Assembly (NCBI GenBank): GCA_965240325.2
Contig: OZ251237.1
Span: forward strand, 124,001 to 188,000
DNA length: 64,000 nt
Direction: 5' to 3'
DNA from: Rebecca billardiae RCC1528
Taxonomy: Eukaryota > Protista > Haptophyta
Below are positions 24,258-35,319 of this stretch, piece after piece (position 1 is the stretch's first letter; each line of letters starts with the position of its first letter). Under the pieces are notes generated by a model. That model was given only the letters and a program-made list of their open reading frames with translations. It was not told where the DNA came from and ran no database searches. The translations under genes and the position numbers were made by a program.

Positions 24258-25637
24258 ATGCTCGCCGCCATCGTCACGCTGGTGGGCGCAGCGTACCCGC
24301 TCGGGCTGTGTGCGTTTAGGCACGGGATCAAGGAGATCGGCTTCAGCAAGCACGAGAGCGCGTGGCCCTACGTGATCTCGTCCGCGGCCCTCGCGATCTC
24401 CGCCTTGGTTTTCGGCAGCTCTGTGACGACCGCGATGGCCGGGCTCGTGCTCTCCGCGCTGTCGTACCGCGTGCAGATCCTCGGCCCGCGGTTCACGGCG
24501 GCGTCGATGGAGGGGAAGGTGTGCATCGTGACCGGATCGAGCTCCGGTATCGGCCTCGAGATCGCGCAGTACCTCATCGGCCTCGACGCGCACGTGATCC
24601 TCGGTGCGCCTTCGCGCGCGCGCGCGCAGCGCGGCGGGCGCAGCGGCGCGTGCTGAACGGCGCGCGTCCGCGTCCGCGCGTGCGCGCGCGCCCGCGCAGC
24701 CTGCCGCTCGGAGGAGAAGGCGCTGCAGGCGCGCGAGGAGATCCTCGGCGCGCACCCCGGCACCAAGGGCCGCGCGAGCTTCATGAAGCTCGACCTCGCC
24801 TCCTTCCAGTCGGTGCGCGACTTCGCGGCCGCGTTCAAGGCGCGCAAGCTGCCGCTGCACGTGCTGGTGAACAACGCGGGGGTGATGCAGCACGAGCGGA
24901 AGCTCACGCAGAACGGCAACGAGATGACGCTGCAGGCCAACTTCCTCGGCCACCACCTGCTCACCGAGCTGCTGCTCGACACGCTCAAGGCGACGCCCGG
25001 CGGCGCGCGCGTCGTCAACGTGAGCAGCTCGATGCACTGGGTGCGCGCGCGGCGGCGTGCGGCGCGCGCGCGCGCGCACGGCGTGCGCGCCTGGAGGTAC
25101 GCCGCCTCGAGGTACCTCGAGGTGGCGAACGCGCACGCGCGCGCACTGGCGCACGCCCACCGCGCGGCGGCCGGCCTCCGCCCCCGCCGCGTGCGCGCGC
25201 GCTCGGGCGCGCAGGGCGAGTCCGGCTTCGACTTTGACGACATCCAGGGGTCGAAGCAGTACACCATGTTTGGCGCGTACGAGCAGAGCAAGCTGGCGCA
25301 GCTGCTGCTCACGATGGAGCTCGACCGCCGGCTGGCGGGGGGCAGCGTGACGGTGAACGCGGTCCACCCGGGCAGCGTGATCACCGACGTGACGCGCGGG
25401 TTCCACCCGCTCATCCGCTCGGCCGAGGCGGCCACCAAGCCCGTGCAGTACCTGATGCGCAAGCCGCGCTGGGCGGGCGCGTGGACGGCGGTGTACTGCG
25501 CGGCCAGCCCGGACGTGGCGGGCATGAGCGGCAAGTACTTTTGGAACTGCCGCGAGGAGCTGCACTCGGAGCTCGTGGGCAACCGCGCCGTGCAGGACAA
25601 GCTGAAGGATGTTGCTGACAGGCTCGTCGGGCTGTGA
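24258..25637 (+). CDS. Short-chain dehydrogenase/reductase (RDH11/12-like) with N-terminal TM segments, 3 exons
   Basis: IVTGSSSGIG, ACRS, LDLASFQSV, LVNNAGVM, NFLGH, VNVSS, YEQSK (YxxxK), VHPG. Confidence 0.93.
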
Positions 25638-26226
25638 GCCCGTGACGATGTATCACGCCTGTGATGTCATCACAGGCATCGCCATCGGCGGTCGGGTACG
25701 GTTGTCGTCAGGCGAAACGTGCGGCGCGGCCCGTGTCTACGGCCATCCTCTGCTCACCAGCCCACTCAGGGGCGTACTAAGAATAAGAGACGCACACAGC
25801 TCAGGCAGGCGAGATCTAGGTCGCGGATACGTTTCACCGAATTAATCACCGCCTTCTAATGGCCCTGTAACGGCCGGCGGGTCGCTCTGCGACATGCTCG
25901 ACCAATTCTATGATTTAAAGACACAGGCACGAGGGCGCAGCTCTCCTGATTCGTCTGTCGAAGTACTGAATGGAGTTAATGGAGGATGTCGGAGCGCGTT
26001 GGCCGCGGGTGAGGGAGTCGTCGTAACCGATGCTGATCACACGGTCACTGAGGTAGTAGGCGCCCGGGGATGCCGCTGTTTTGCAGTCGTCGTCGGCCTT
26101 GGTCATCATGTAGTTGCCCGTGTCGTCGTCGTCCGAGGCTGTTCAAGTTGATGCCGTAGTGCAGGTAGTGGATGTGGTCGCCCGGGCCGGTGTGCGCGGC
26201 CTAGTGGCCTTGCCGAGTTGAGGGAG

Positions 26227-26345
26227 TAGTCGCCCTTGCCGTTGAGGAAGTCGTCGTCCTTGCCGTTGAGGAAGTCGTCGCCCTGGCCGCAGAGGAAGTC
26301 GTCGCCCTTGCCGTTGAGGAAGTCGTCGTCCTGGCCGCTGAGGGT
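26227..26345. repeat. 21-bp minisatellite, about 5 copies
   Basis: GTCGCCCTTGCCGTTGAGGAA-type units. Confidence 0.85.
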
Positions 26346-26770
26346 GCCTGCGCTGCCCAACCGGGCGCGTCTGGCGCGCCAGCGCCGCGCGCGGCTCTAC
26401 GCCAGCGACTGCGGCGCGGCGGCAGCCAGGTCACGGGGGGGGTCGCCGAGGGACGCGGTGCGAGCCTGCTTGGCCGGCTTGGCGTCGCTCCCGCCAGCGG
26501 AGGAGGGCCCATCCTCCTCCGCCGGCGTGGACGGCTCGGTCGCCGCGCGCTTGCCGGCTGCCGCGGCGCCGGGGGGCAGGACCAGGCGGTAGTTGGACTC
26601 CCCGAGCGCCGGCCTGGCCTGTTGCACCTCGGGCCCGTCCGACGGCGCGGCCGCGGTTGGTGGCTTACGGGAGATTAGATGCACCTGCGAATTAATAATC
26701 ATTGTCGATCCGTTGACCGTTCCGGCGTCGTCGGCAACCGACCGGTGCTGCGTGCATCGCGCCATCAATC

Positions 26771-28186
26771 ATGGCTGCCGTGCGACGCGCGTACCTGGGC
26801 CTCGGCTCAAACCTTGGCGCCCGCGTCGCGCACGTGCGCGACGCCCTGCGCGCGCTCGAGCGGCTTGGCCGCGTGCACGACACCTCATCGCTCGTCGCCT
26901 CGACCGCGTGGGTGCCCAGCGGCTGGGCGGGCGCGCTGCCGCCAGATTATGTGAACGGCGCGTGCGCGCTCGACACGAAGCTCTCGCCCGCCGAGCTGCT
27001 GCGCGGCGTGAAGGCGCTGGAGGAGGAGCTCGGCCGCGCGCCGTCCGTGCGGTACGGCCCGCGACCGATCGACATCGACGTGCTCGCCTTCGACGACGGC
27101 GCCTCCGTCCACGAGGAGGACGTGCTGCCCACCGCCGCCGGGCGCGAGGCTGAGCTGCGCTCGCTCACCGTGCCGCACCCGCGGATGCACGAGCGCGCGT
27201 TCGTGCTGCAGCCGCTCGCGGAGCTCGCGCCCGCGCTGCGGATCCCGGGGCACGGCGCCACCGTCGCCGAGCTGCTCGCCGCGCTCGGCGAGCCGCCGCT
27301 GCCGCGCGTGCTCGCCGCGCGGCGCGGCTCGGCCGGAGCGGAGGAGGCGGTGTGGCGGCTGGGCGAACAAAGCTTTGTGATGGGCGTGCTCAACGTCACG
27401 CCGGACTCGTTCAGCGACGGCGGGGAGCACGCGACGCGCGACGCCGCGCGGCGCGCTGCGGCGCGCCTCGTCGCCGACGGCGCCGACCTGCTCGACATTG
27501 GCGGCGCGTCCTCCCGCCCAGGCGCCGCGCCCGTGCCGGAGGCGGAGGAGGCGGCGCGCGTCGTGCCGCTGATCGAGGCGCTGCGCTCGGACGGCGTGCG
27601 CGCGCCGATCTCGGTGGACACGACGTCGGCGGCGGTGGCGCGCGCCGCGCTGGGCGCCGGCGCGGACATGGTCAACGACGTCTCCGCCGGCGCGCACGAC
27701 GCCGCCATGCTGCCCACCGTCGCGCGGCTCGGCGCGCCGGTCGTGCTGATGCACATGCGCGGCACGGCCGCGAGCATGCAGGCCCTCGCCACGTACGACG
27801 AGGACGGGAGCGGCGGCGTGGTGGCGGCGGTGTGCGCGGAGCTGGGCGCGCGGGTGGAGCACGCGGTGCGCGAGGCGCGCGTGCCCCGCTTCGACCTCCT
27901 CGTCGACCCCGGCATCGGCTTCGCCAAGACTGCTGTGCACAACTGGCAGCTGCTCGCCGCGCTGCCGGAGGTGCGCGCGGCGCTGCGGGGCGCGCCGCTC
28001 GTGCTCGGCGTCTCGCGGAAGCGCTTCCTCGGTGAGCTGCTGGACGAGCCGGAGCCGAAGCGGCGCGGGTGGGGCACGGCCGGCGCGAGCGCGTGCGCCG
28101 TGCCCGCGGCGGACGTGCACCGCGTGCACGACGTCGCCGAGATCAAGCAGGTGCTCGCCGTCGCAGACCGCATCCGGCGCGTCTGA
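26771..28186 (+). CDS. Bifunctional HPPK-dihydropteroate synthase (FolK-FolP), intronless
   Basis: YLGLGSNLG, GPRPIDIDVL, PHPRMHERAFVL; MGVLNVTPDSFSDGG, NDVS, DPGIGFAK, SRKRF, RVHDV. Confidence 0.97.
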   Translation: MAAVRRAYLGLGSNLGARVAHVRDALRALERLGRVHDTSSLVASTAWVPSGWAGALPPDYVNGACALDTKLSPAELLRGVKALEEELGRAPSVRYGPRPIDIDVLAFDDGASVHEEDVLPTAAGREAELRSLTVPHPRMHERAFVLQPLAELAPALRIPGHGATVAELLAALGEPPLPRVLAARRGSAGAEEAVWRLGEQSFVMGVLNVTPDSFSDGGEHATRDAARRAAARLVADGADLLDIGGASSRPGAAPVPEAEEAARVVPLIEALRSDGVRAPISVDTTSAAVARAALGAGADMVNDVSAGAHDAAMLPTVARLGAPVVLMHMRGTAASMQALATYDEDGSGGVVAAVCAELGARVEHAVREARVPRFDLLVDPGIGFAKTAVHNWQLLAALPEVRAALRGAPLVLGVSRKRFLGELLDEPEPKRRGWGTAGASACAVPAADVHRVHDVAEIKQVLAVADRIRRV

Positions 28187-28880
28187 CACTCTGACAGCGC
28201 TATAATCTGCTCCGAGTAGCAATACTACGCGCCTGCTAAGCGTCTGGCTAGCTATAGCGCTAGTACCGCCCTTGGCGCTAGCTATAGCTAGCTACACAGT
28301 GGCACCGGAAGGGACGATGTTGCGGATAAGCCTTTTCGTCGCCGCGGCGCTCCCCCAGTGGGAAAAATGATTTTCCGTGGTTTTCACGATGGCCGCCGTC
28401 CAACCTGGCCTCGGCCGGCGGACGCCTCTCGAACGGACTTCCTCGCTCGCGCGAAGTCGCCGTCGACGGTGTGGTGCGAGTCGCGCGACGGCCCGTGCGC
28501 GATGAGGAGTGCGCCGCGCGCCGTGCGCGCTTACCACAAGCCCGGCGCCCCTCCACCCCGCCCAAATCGCCCGCGCAGAGTGCTACCTCTCTCGACTCGC
28601 TCAGGTCACATGCCCGCCTCGGGCACGGACGGGCGCAGACCGCATCCGGCGCGTCTGACAGCGCTAATCTGCTCCGAAGCTAATATGAGCACAGTAAAGA
28701 AATCGATTTTCGGCGTTACCGTAACCCGTCCGCACTTCCGCCCAGTGGGGTACTGGGGATGCGGGCGGGAATTTTTTTCATGCCGCGTTCGGCCGTTCGC
28801 GGCACTTCGCGCCGCTAGCAATACTACGCGCCTGCTAAGCGTCTGGCTAGCTATAGCGCTAGCTATAGCTAGCTAGCGCC
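28162..28880. repeat. Interrupted duplication of the HPPK-DHPS 3' end and downstream sequence
   Basis: CGCAGACCGCATCCGGCGCGTCTGACA at about 28162 and 28634; TAGCAATACTACGCGCCTGCTAAGCGTCTGGCTAGCTATAGCGCTAG at about 28217 and 28816. Confidence 0.85.
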
Positions 28881-29032
28881 GCGTCTGACTCTGACTCAGA
28901 TATCTACTACACGTACAGCGCGCGTCTGACTCGTCATCATACTACTAGTGATGACGAGTATATTGGTTATAACGTTACTCGTCGTAACCGGGAACAACAG
29001 GCAGCGGGTGACTCTGCCTCGTGAAAAGGCGT

Positions 29033-30622
29033 TCACGAGGCATCACCTGCTGCCTGTTGTGCAGCGCACCACGCGTGGCAGTGGGGCTTGTGCACCTTCC
29101 ATGAGCTGCGCAGGTGCTCACGTGAGCAGAAGACCGCCACGTGGCACCGCTCGCACTTCTTCAGACCACGGCCCGTCTGTCCGCACGCGATGCAGCACTT
29201 GGAGACCAACTCACGCTCTCCAGCTGCGTTGGCCAGCGTCTCGCACGCTCGATCTCGTAGGTCGGGATCGAGCTCTTGGGCACGGCGCAGCAGCCGCGCA
29301 CCCTCCTCCACGTCGCGCTCCACTCCCTCACCCTCCAGCTTCAGCTGTCCCAGCGTGATGTTCGCCTTTGCGCACCCGCCATCAGCAGACAGCTGGAACC
29401 AGCGCGCTGCCTCGCCCATATCCTGCTGCACGCCCTTGCCTTGCGCGTAGAGCGCGCCCAGATCGAACTGCGCGTCAGCACAGCCCTGCTCGGCGGCCAG
29501 CCGGAACCAGCGCACCGCCTCGCCCCAATCCTGCTGCACGCCGTTGCCTTGCACGTAGAGCGCGCCCAGATTGCGCTGCGCTTCAGCACAGCCCTGCTCT
29601 GCCGCCAGCCGGAGCCAGCGCGCTGCCTCGCCCCAATCCTGCTGCACGCCCTTGCCTTGCGCGTAGAGCGCGCCCAGATTGTACTGCGCGTCAGCATAGC
29701 CCTGCTCGGCGGCCAGCCGGAACCAGCGCACCGCCTCGCCCATATCCTGCTGCACACCCTTGCCTTGCATGTAGCACAGGCCCAGATCGAACTGCGCGTC
29801 AGCGTGGCCCTGCTCGGCCGCCAGCCGGTACCAGCGCGCTGCCTCGCCCCAATCCTGCGGCACGCCCTCACCTTGCCCGTAGAGCGCGCCCAGACAGCCC
29901 TGCGCTGGAGCATGGCCCTGCTCGGCGGCCAGCCGGAGCCAGCGCGTCGCCTCGCCGTAATCCTGCTGCACACCCTCGCCATCCGCGTAGCACCCGCCCA
30001 AATGGTGCTGCGCCTCAGCGTAGCCCTGCTCGGCGGCCAGCCGGTACCAGCGCGTCGCCTCGCCGTAATCCTGCTGCACACCCTCGCCGTGCTCGTAGCA
30101 CCCGCCCAAATGGTGCTGCGCCTCAGCGTAGCCCTGCTCTGCGGCCAGCCGGTACCAGCGCACCGCCTCGCCCCAATCCTGTACCACACCCTCGCCGTGC
30201 TCGTAGCACCCGCCCAAATTGAACTGCGCTTTCGCATCGCCCTGCTCAGCGGCCAGCCGGAACCAGCGCGCCGCCTCGCGCCAATCCTGTACCACACCCT
30301 TGCCTAACGCGTAGCCTGCGGCCAGACTATGCTGCGCTGCAGCACAGCCCTGCTCGGCCCCCAGCCGGTACCAGCGCACGGCAGCCTCGAGGTCCACGGG
30401 CTGACCAAGCTCGCCTTTCGCGCAGATGCAGCCCATCCTATCCTGCGCCTCGGCAAAGCCGCGCTCGGCGGCGAGGGTGTACAGTCGAAAGGCTTCGCGC
30501 GCGTCCTGCGCGATGCCGTCGCCATCCTCAGCCCGCCGCGCCAGAAGGAACGTCGCACGCGCGTCGCCGCGCCCCGACTTGCGCCAGAGGAGACCGACCG
30601 CCGCGGAAGCGTTCGCCGCCAT
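29033..30622 (-). CDS. Sel1-like repeat protein (about 12 repeats) with C-terminal MYND zinc finger, intronless
   Basis: 36-aa repeats of type AQxNLGxxYxxGxGVxQDxxEAxRWxRLAAEQG; CIACG..KKCERCHVAVFCSREHLRSSWKVHKPHC. Confidence 0.93.
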   Translation of the reverse strand: MAANASAAVGLLWRKSGRGDARATFLLARRAEDGDGIAQDAREAFRLYTLAAERGFAEAQDRMGCICAKGELGQPVDLEAAVRWYRLGAEQGCAAAQHSLAAGYALGKGVVQDWREAARWFRLAAEQGDAKAQFNLGGCYEHGEGVVQDWGEAVRWYRLAAEQGYAEAQHHLGGCYEHGEGVQQDYGEATRWYRLAAEQGYAEAQHHLGGCYADGEGVQQDYGEATRWLRLAAEQGHAPAQGCLGALYGQGEGVPQDWGEAARWYRLAAEQGHADAQFDLGLCYMQGKGVQQDMGEAVRWFRLAAEQGYADAQYNLGALYAQGKGVQQDWGEAARWLRLAAEQGCAEAQRNLGALYVQGNGVQQDWGEAVRWFRLAAEQGCADAQFDLGALYAQGKGVQQDMGEAARWFQLSADGGCAKANITLGQLKLEGEGVERDVEEGARLLRRAQELDPDLRDRACETLANAAGERELVSKCCIACGQTGRGLKKCERCHVAVFCSREHLRSSWKVHKPHCHAWCAAQQAAGDAS

Positions 30623-30851
30623 AGTCTCTTGGAGTTCCACCGCGCGCCCTGCCGCACGCTCCGCCCGGGGATCCAGAGCCGTACAATCACAGCGCCATGC
30701 GACCGAGACGTCGTGCCAAGATGTCTCCGGACCAGGACGGGTGCGGCCGGACTTCCCATTGCCGTCGCCGGGGCGGCCGCCCGGCTGGTCGACAAGAGAC
30801 GCGCGACCGGTGGCGCCGCGCGCGAGCGCCCCCGCGCACACGAGAGCGCCG

Positions 30852-33800
30852 ATGGACATCCGCAGCTTCTTCGGGGGTGGTGGTGGCCGCGGCGGCGGCG
30901 GCGGCGGCGGCGGGAGCGGCTCTGGCAAGGGCGACAAGCCCAGCCCCAAGGCCTCCGCGCCGAGCAAGCGCTCGCCCACCAAGGCAAAGGCAGCGTCGCC
31001 GCCGCCGGCCGCCAAGCCCGCGCCCAAGCCCGCGCCCAAGGCGCCCAAGGCGGCGGGCGGCGAGGGCGTGACCGAGATGTGCGCGCGGCACTGGCGCGCC
31101 GCTCTGCGCCACCGCGCGACTCCGCCGCTGCGCACCGCGCGTGCGCACCGCGCGTGCGCGCGCACGCAGTCACGCGCGCGCGCACGCGCGCTCGCTCACT
31201 TCGCCCAGCGCCCGCATGCGCGCGGCGGCGTGCGCGTGCGCGTGCGCAGCTCGCCCGACGAGTTCTTCGGCGGGTCGACGCCGAAGCGCGCGAAGAAGCC
31301 CGCCAGCACCGACCAGCCCGCCGCGGCTGACGCCGCGCCGGCGGGCCGCGCGGCCAAGGCCGTGGCCGCCTCGTCGTCGCCAGCGCGCGCCGCAGGTGCC
31401 AACGCGGACGCATCGGCCGGCAGCGCGAAGCGCACGCGGTGCGCGGCCGCGCGCGGCGCGCGCGCGGCGCGCGGCGGTCGCGGCTTTGCGCGTGATCGCC
31501 ACGCCCGCGCGCACCCCGCGCGCAGCAGCGCACCCCGCGCGCGCCAGCACTCGGCTCAGCAGACGCTCGGCGCCGCGCCCGCGCCGCGCCGCCACCGCCG
31601 CCGCCGCGGCCGCGCGCGCAGGGGCGCGGCGGCGGAGCAGCCCAGCTCGGCGGCGAAGGCGGCGCGGCGTGACACGCCGCCAGCCAAGCCTTCGCCCGCG
31701 CCGACCCCTGCGCCAGCCGACCCGCCGGCGCCGACGGCGGCCAAGCCGGCCGCGGCGCCCGCGCCGCGCGCCGCGACGCCGCCGCGCGCCGCGCGCGGCG
31801 GCGGCGGCGGCGGCGGCGGCTCCAGCGGCGGCGGCGGCGGCGGCAGCGCGGCGCCGCCCGGCGGCGGCGCCGAGCTCCAGATCCCGCCCGTCCCCGCCGC
31901 GGCGCGCGGCTGCCTCGACGGCTGCACCATCGTCGTCACCGGCGACTTCTTCCGAATCGGCGCGCCGGGCGCGCGCGAGGCGGTGACCGACTTTTTGAAG
32001 GAGTGCGGCGCGCGCGTCACCTCGGCGGTGTCGTCGGTGAGCACGCTCCTGGTGCAGGGCGCGGACCACGCCGAGCCGTCGCGGCCGCAGACGGGCACCA
32101 AGACCGACGCCGCCGCGAAGCACAAGGTCCCCATCCTCTCCGAGGACGAGCTGCTCGAGCTCGTGCGCGCCGCCGCGGCCGGCGAGCCGCCGCACGCGCG
32201 CGTCGCGGCCGCGCAGGCGCGCGCGCGCGAGAAGGAGGCGAAGGAGGCGCGCTCCGCGTCGAAGGCGGCGGCGTCGAAGGCGGGCGCGGGCGCGAGCCCG
32301 GCGGGCCCGCCGCGCGGCTCGGCCGCCGCCGCCGCCGCCTCGAGCCAGCCGCCGCCACCACCAGCCGCCGACCCGCGCGCCTCTGCCGGCGGCGTCGCGC
32401 TGTGGACGGACAAGTACGCGCCGCGCTCGCTGGCCGAGCTGATCGGCAACGGCGCGGCCGCGAGCAAGCTGCAGGCGTGGCTGCGGGAGCGCGCGGCGGG
32501 GAAGGGCGAGAAGAAGGCGGCGCTGCTCTCGGGCCCGCCGGGCATCGGCAAGACCACCACCGCCAAGCTCGTCGCCGCCCTCGCCGGCCTCGACGCCGTG
32601 GAGTACAACGCTTCGGACGTGCGCTCCAAGGCGGCGATCAGGCAGCACACGGCGGCGATGGCGGACAACCGCACGCTGCTCGAGTTCACGACGAGCGGTC
32701 GGGGCGGCGGGGGGTCGGGCGGGGGCGCGGGGGGCGGCGCGGGGGGCGGCGCGCCCGCCGCCGGCCGCGGCCTCGCCATCATCATGGACGAGGTGGACGG
32801 GATGGGCGGCGGCGACCGCGGCGGCATGGCCGAGCTGATCGCCCTCATCAAGGGCGCGCGCGTGCCCGTGATCTGCATCTGCAACGAGCGGTACGACCAG
32901 AAGGTGAAGGCGCTGGCGAACCACTGCGTGGACATCCGGTTCCAGCGGCCGCAGGCGCGGCTGGTCGCCTCGCGCCTGCAGGCCGTCGCCGCCCGGGAGG
33001 GCGTGCCGATGGAGCCGGCCGCCCTCGAGAAGGTGGCGGAGGTGTCACACGGGGACATCCGGCAAGTCCTCAACGTGCTGCAGATGTGGCGGCCGGAGGG
33101 CGCAGCCGGCGGCGGCGGGAGCGGCGGCGGCGGTGGGAGCGGTGGTGCTGGCGGTGGGAGCGGTGGTGCTGGCGGGGGTGGGGGTGGCGCGCCGGGGGCG
33201 CAGGGGGCGGGGGCCGGGAAGGCGCCCGCCGCCGCCTCCGCGCCCCCGCGCCCGCTCGGCTTTGCCGAGGTGAAGGCGCGGCTCGGTGGCGCCAACAAGG
33301 ACATCGCCACCTCGGTGTTCGATGTGGTGCCGCGCCTCTTCGCGCCCGGCGGGCAGTCGGTGGACGACCGGCTGCGCCTCTTCTTCGCGGACGACCTCGT
33401 GCCGCTCTTCGTGCACGAGAACTACCCGGCGGTGAAGCCGGCGCGCGCGCCGCCGCAGGACGCGGGCGGGCTCACGCGCCTCAACGTGAGGGCCGCGCGC
33501 CGCGCGCCGCGGCCGCCGCGCCGCCGGCGGCGCGCGCGCCACTCGCGCGCGCGACGCGCGGCCCTCACGCGCGCGCGCGCCCCTCGCTGCGCCGCCGCCG
33601 CGCGCAGATGGTCGCGGCCGCGGCCAACCTGGTCGCGGAGGGCGACGTGGTGGGCACCGCCGTGATGCGGCAGCAGCGCTGGGAGCTGGCGCCGCTGCAC
33701 GGCATCCTCTCGACGATCGGGCCAGCGCACATCGTGCAGGGCCCGCTCGGCGGCCCGCCGCGCTTCCCGTCGTGGCTCGGGCGCAACTCGACCGCCTCGA

Positions 33801-34827
33801 AGATGTGGCGCGTCTCGCGGGACCTGCACGCGCACATGGCGCCGCACCTGAGCGCGGGGCGGATGCAGACGCTTCTCTACTACCTGCCGCTGCTGGAGCA
33901 AGCGCTCACGCGCCCGCTCGTCGAGAAGGGCGAGGTGCGCGCGCGGCGCGGCGCGGCGTGACGAGCCGCGCGCCGAGCGCGCGCGACGCCCGCCGCCGCG
34001 CCGCCGAGCGCGAGCCGCGCGCCGAGCGCGCGCGACGCCCGCCGCCGCGCCGCTGAGCGCGCGCGCCCTCACCGCCGCCCGCCCGCCCGCCCGCCGCGCG
34101 CGCCCTCACCGCCGCGCGCCCGCGCTGCCAGGCGGGCGTGGACGAGGTGATCGGCACAATGCTCGAGTACGGCATCGACCGGGACGACTACGACGCGGTC
34201 CTCTCCTTCCTCGACCTGCTCGCCCCGAAGGACACGGGTGCGCGCGCGCATGCGCGCGAGCGCGAGCGCGCGCCCCGCACCGCGGTCCGCGGTCCGCGGT
34301 CCGCGCGCCGACGCGGCTCAGTGCGGCCCGCCCCCGCGCGCGGCGCGGCGCGCACAGAGGGCAACGCCAAGGACCGCTCGGCGCGCATGCCGTCCAAGGT
34401 GTTCGACGGGCTGAGCAAGTCGATCAAGACCGCGCTCACCAAGCGGTACCGAGAGCGCCACCCGGGCGAGACGCACAAGGTGGGCAAGGGCGTCGCGGTC
34501 GGGACCGAGGCGGCGCGCGCGCGCGGCGCGGACGCGGACGACGACAACGCGCCCGCGCGCGACGAGGCGGCCGCGCTCGCCGAGGAGGAGGAGGAGGGCG
34601 AGGCGGGCGACGCCGACGACCTCAAGGGCGACCGCTTCGTCAAGGCGAAGAAGCCCGCAGCCGCGGCGCGCAAGAAGCCCGCAGCCGCGCGGCAGGGCGG
34701 CGGCAACGGCTCGGACGACGACTTTGCGGCGGGCGGGGGCACGGCCGCCAAGGGCAAGGGCGCGGCCAAGCGCGCCTCTGGCGGCAGCGGCGGCGCCGCA
34801 GGCAAGAAGCCGCGCACCAAGAAGTAG
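30852..34827 (+). CDS. RFC1: Replication factor C large subunit, multi-exon
   Basis: MDIRSFF start, BRCT (CLDGCTIVVTG), LWTDKYAP, LLSGPPGIGKTT, YNASD, MDEVDGM..GDRGG, ICICN, FPSWLGRNS. Confidence 0.96.
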
Positions 34828-34890
34828 CAGCGCGCACAATGCCGCCGTACGTCGTGTAGTCAATGCTGCCGTCGTACGTTAGCAGTATAG

Positions 34891-34892
<2 letters not shown>

Positions 34893-34937
<45 letters not shown>
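34893..34937. repeat. (TA)n microsatellite
   Basis: Direct reading. Confidence 0.95.
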
Positions 34938-34940
<3 letters not shown>

Positions 34941-35319
34941 GTGCAATAATACGCGCGGTAAGTAGTCGCAGCGACAGTCACGCCTCACGGTCGAGAGTCA
35001 CACTAATCACTATATATATATATACTACTCACAGTCGCCTAGTCGGTACACTCGGGTCCTAGTAGTATGAGTAGTTCGTAGTCCGTTAACAGTCGGAATA
35101 CTGAGCATGCGCAGTATATACTCGCCCGTAACTCGGTTACGGGTTAGTGAGTCACCGGGCGTTAGTCCGTACTCGCTCCGTAGAGTTCACTCCGAGTTCA
35201 GCGCGCCGTGCGCCTCGTCGTGGCTGGCGCGCAGCCTGGGCGCCGCCCGGGCGCGCGGCTCATAAGCACTCATCATCAGACGCATGCAGTCTCGATCACC
35301 TTAGCAGTACGACGAATCA

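Noticed and set aside
26106-26360. RTX-like Ca-binding repeat protein
   Set aside because: Period is 7 aa rather than 9, the ORF is short, and there is no supporting context
26771-28186. HPPK-DHPS fusion as a novelty or sulfonamide-resistance gene
   Set aside because: The fusion is standard in plants and many protists; no sul-type features were seen
29340-30420. CRISPR-like array
   Set aside because: Contiguous 108-bp coding Sel1 repeats with no unique spacers and no cas genes; eukaryotic context
30623-31165. N-terminal extension of the Sel1 ORF overlapping RFC1
   Set aside because: Antisense read-through of RFC1 exon 1; the ATG at 30622 is the more plausible start
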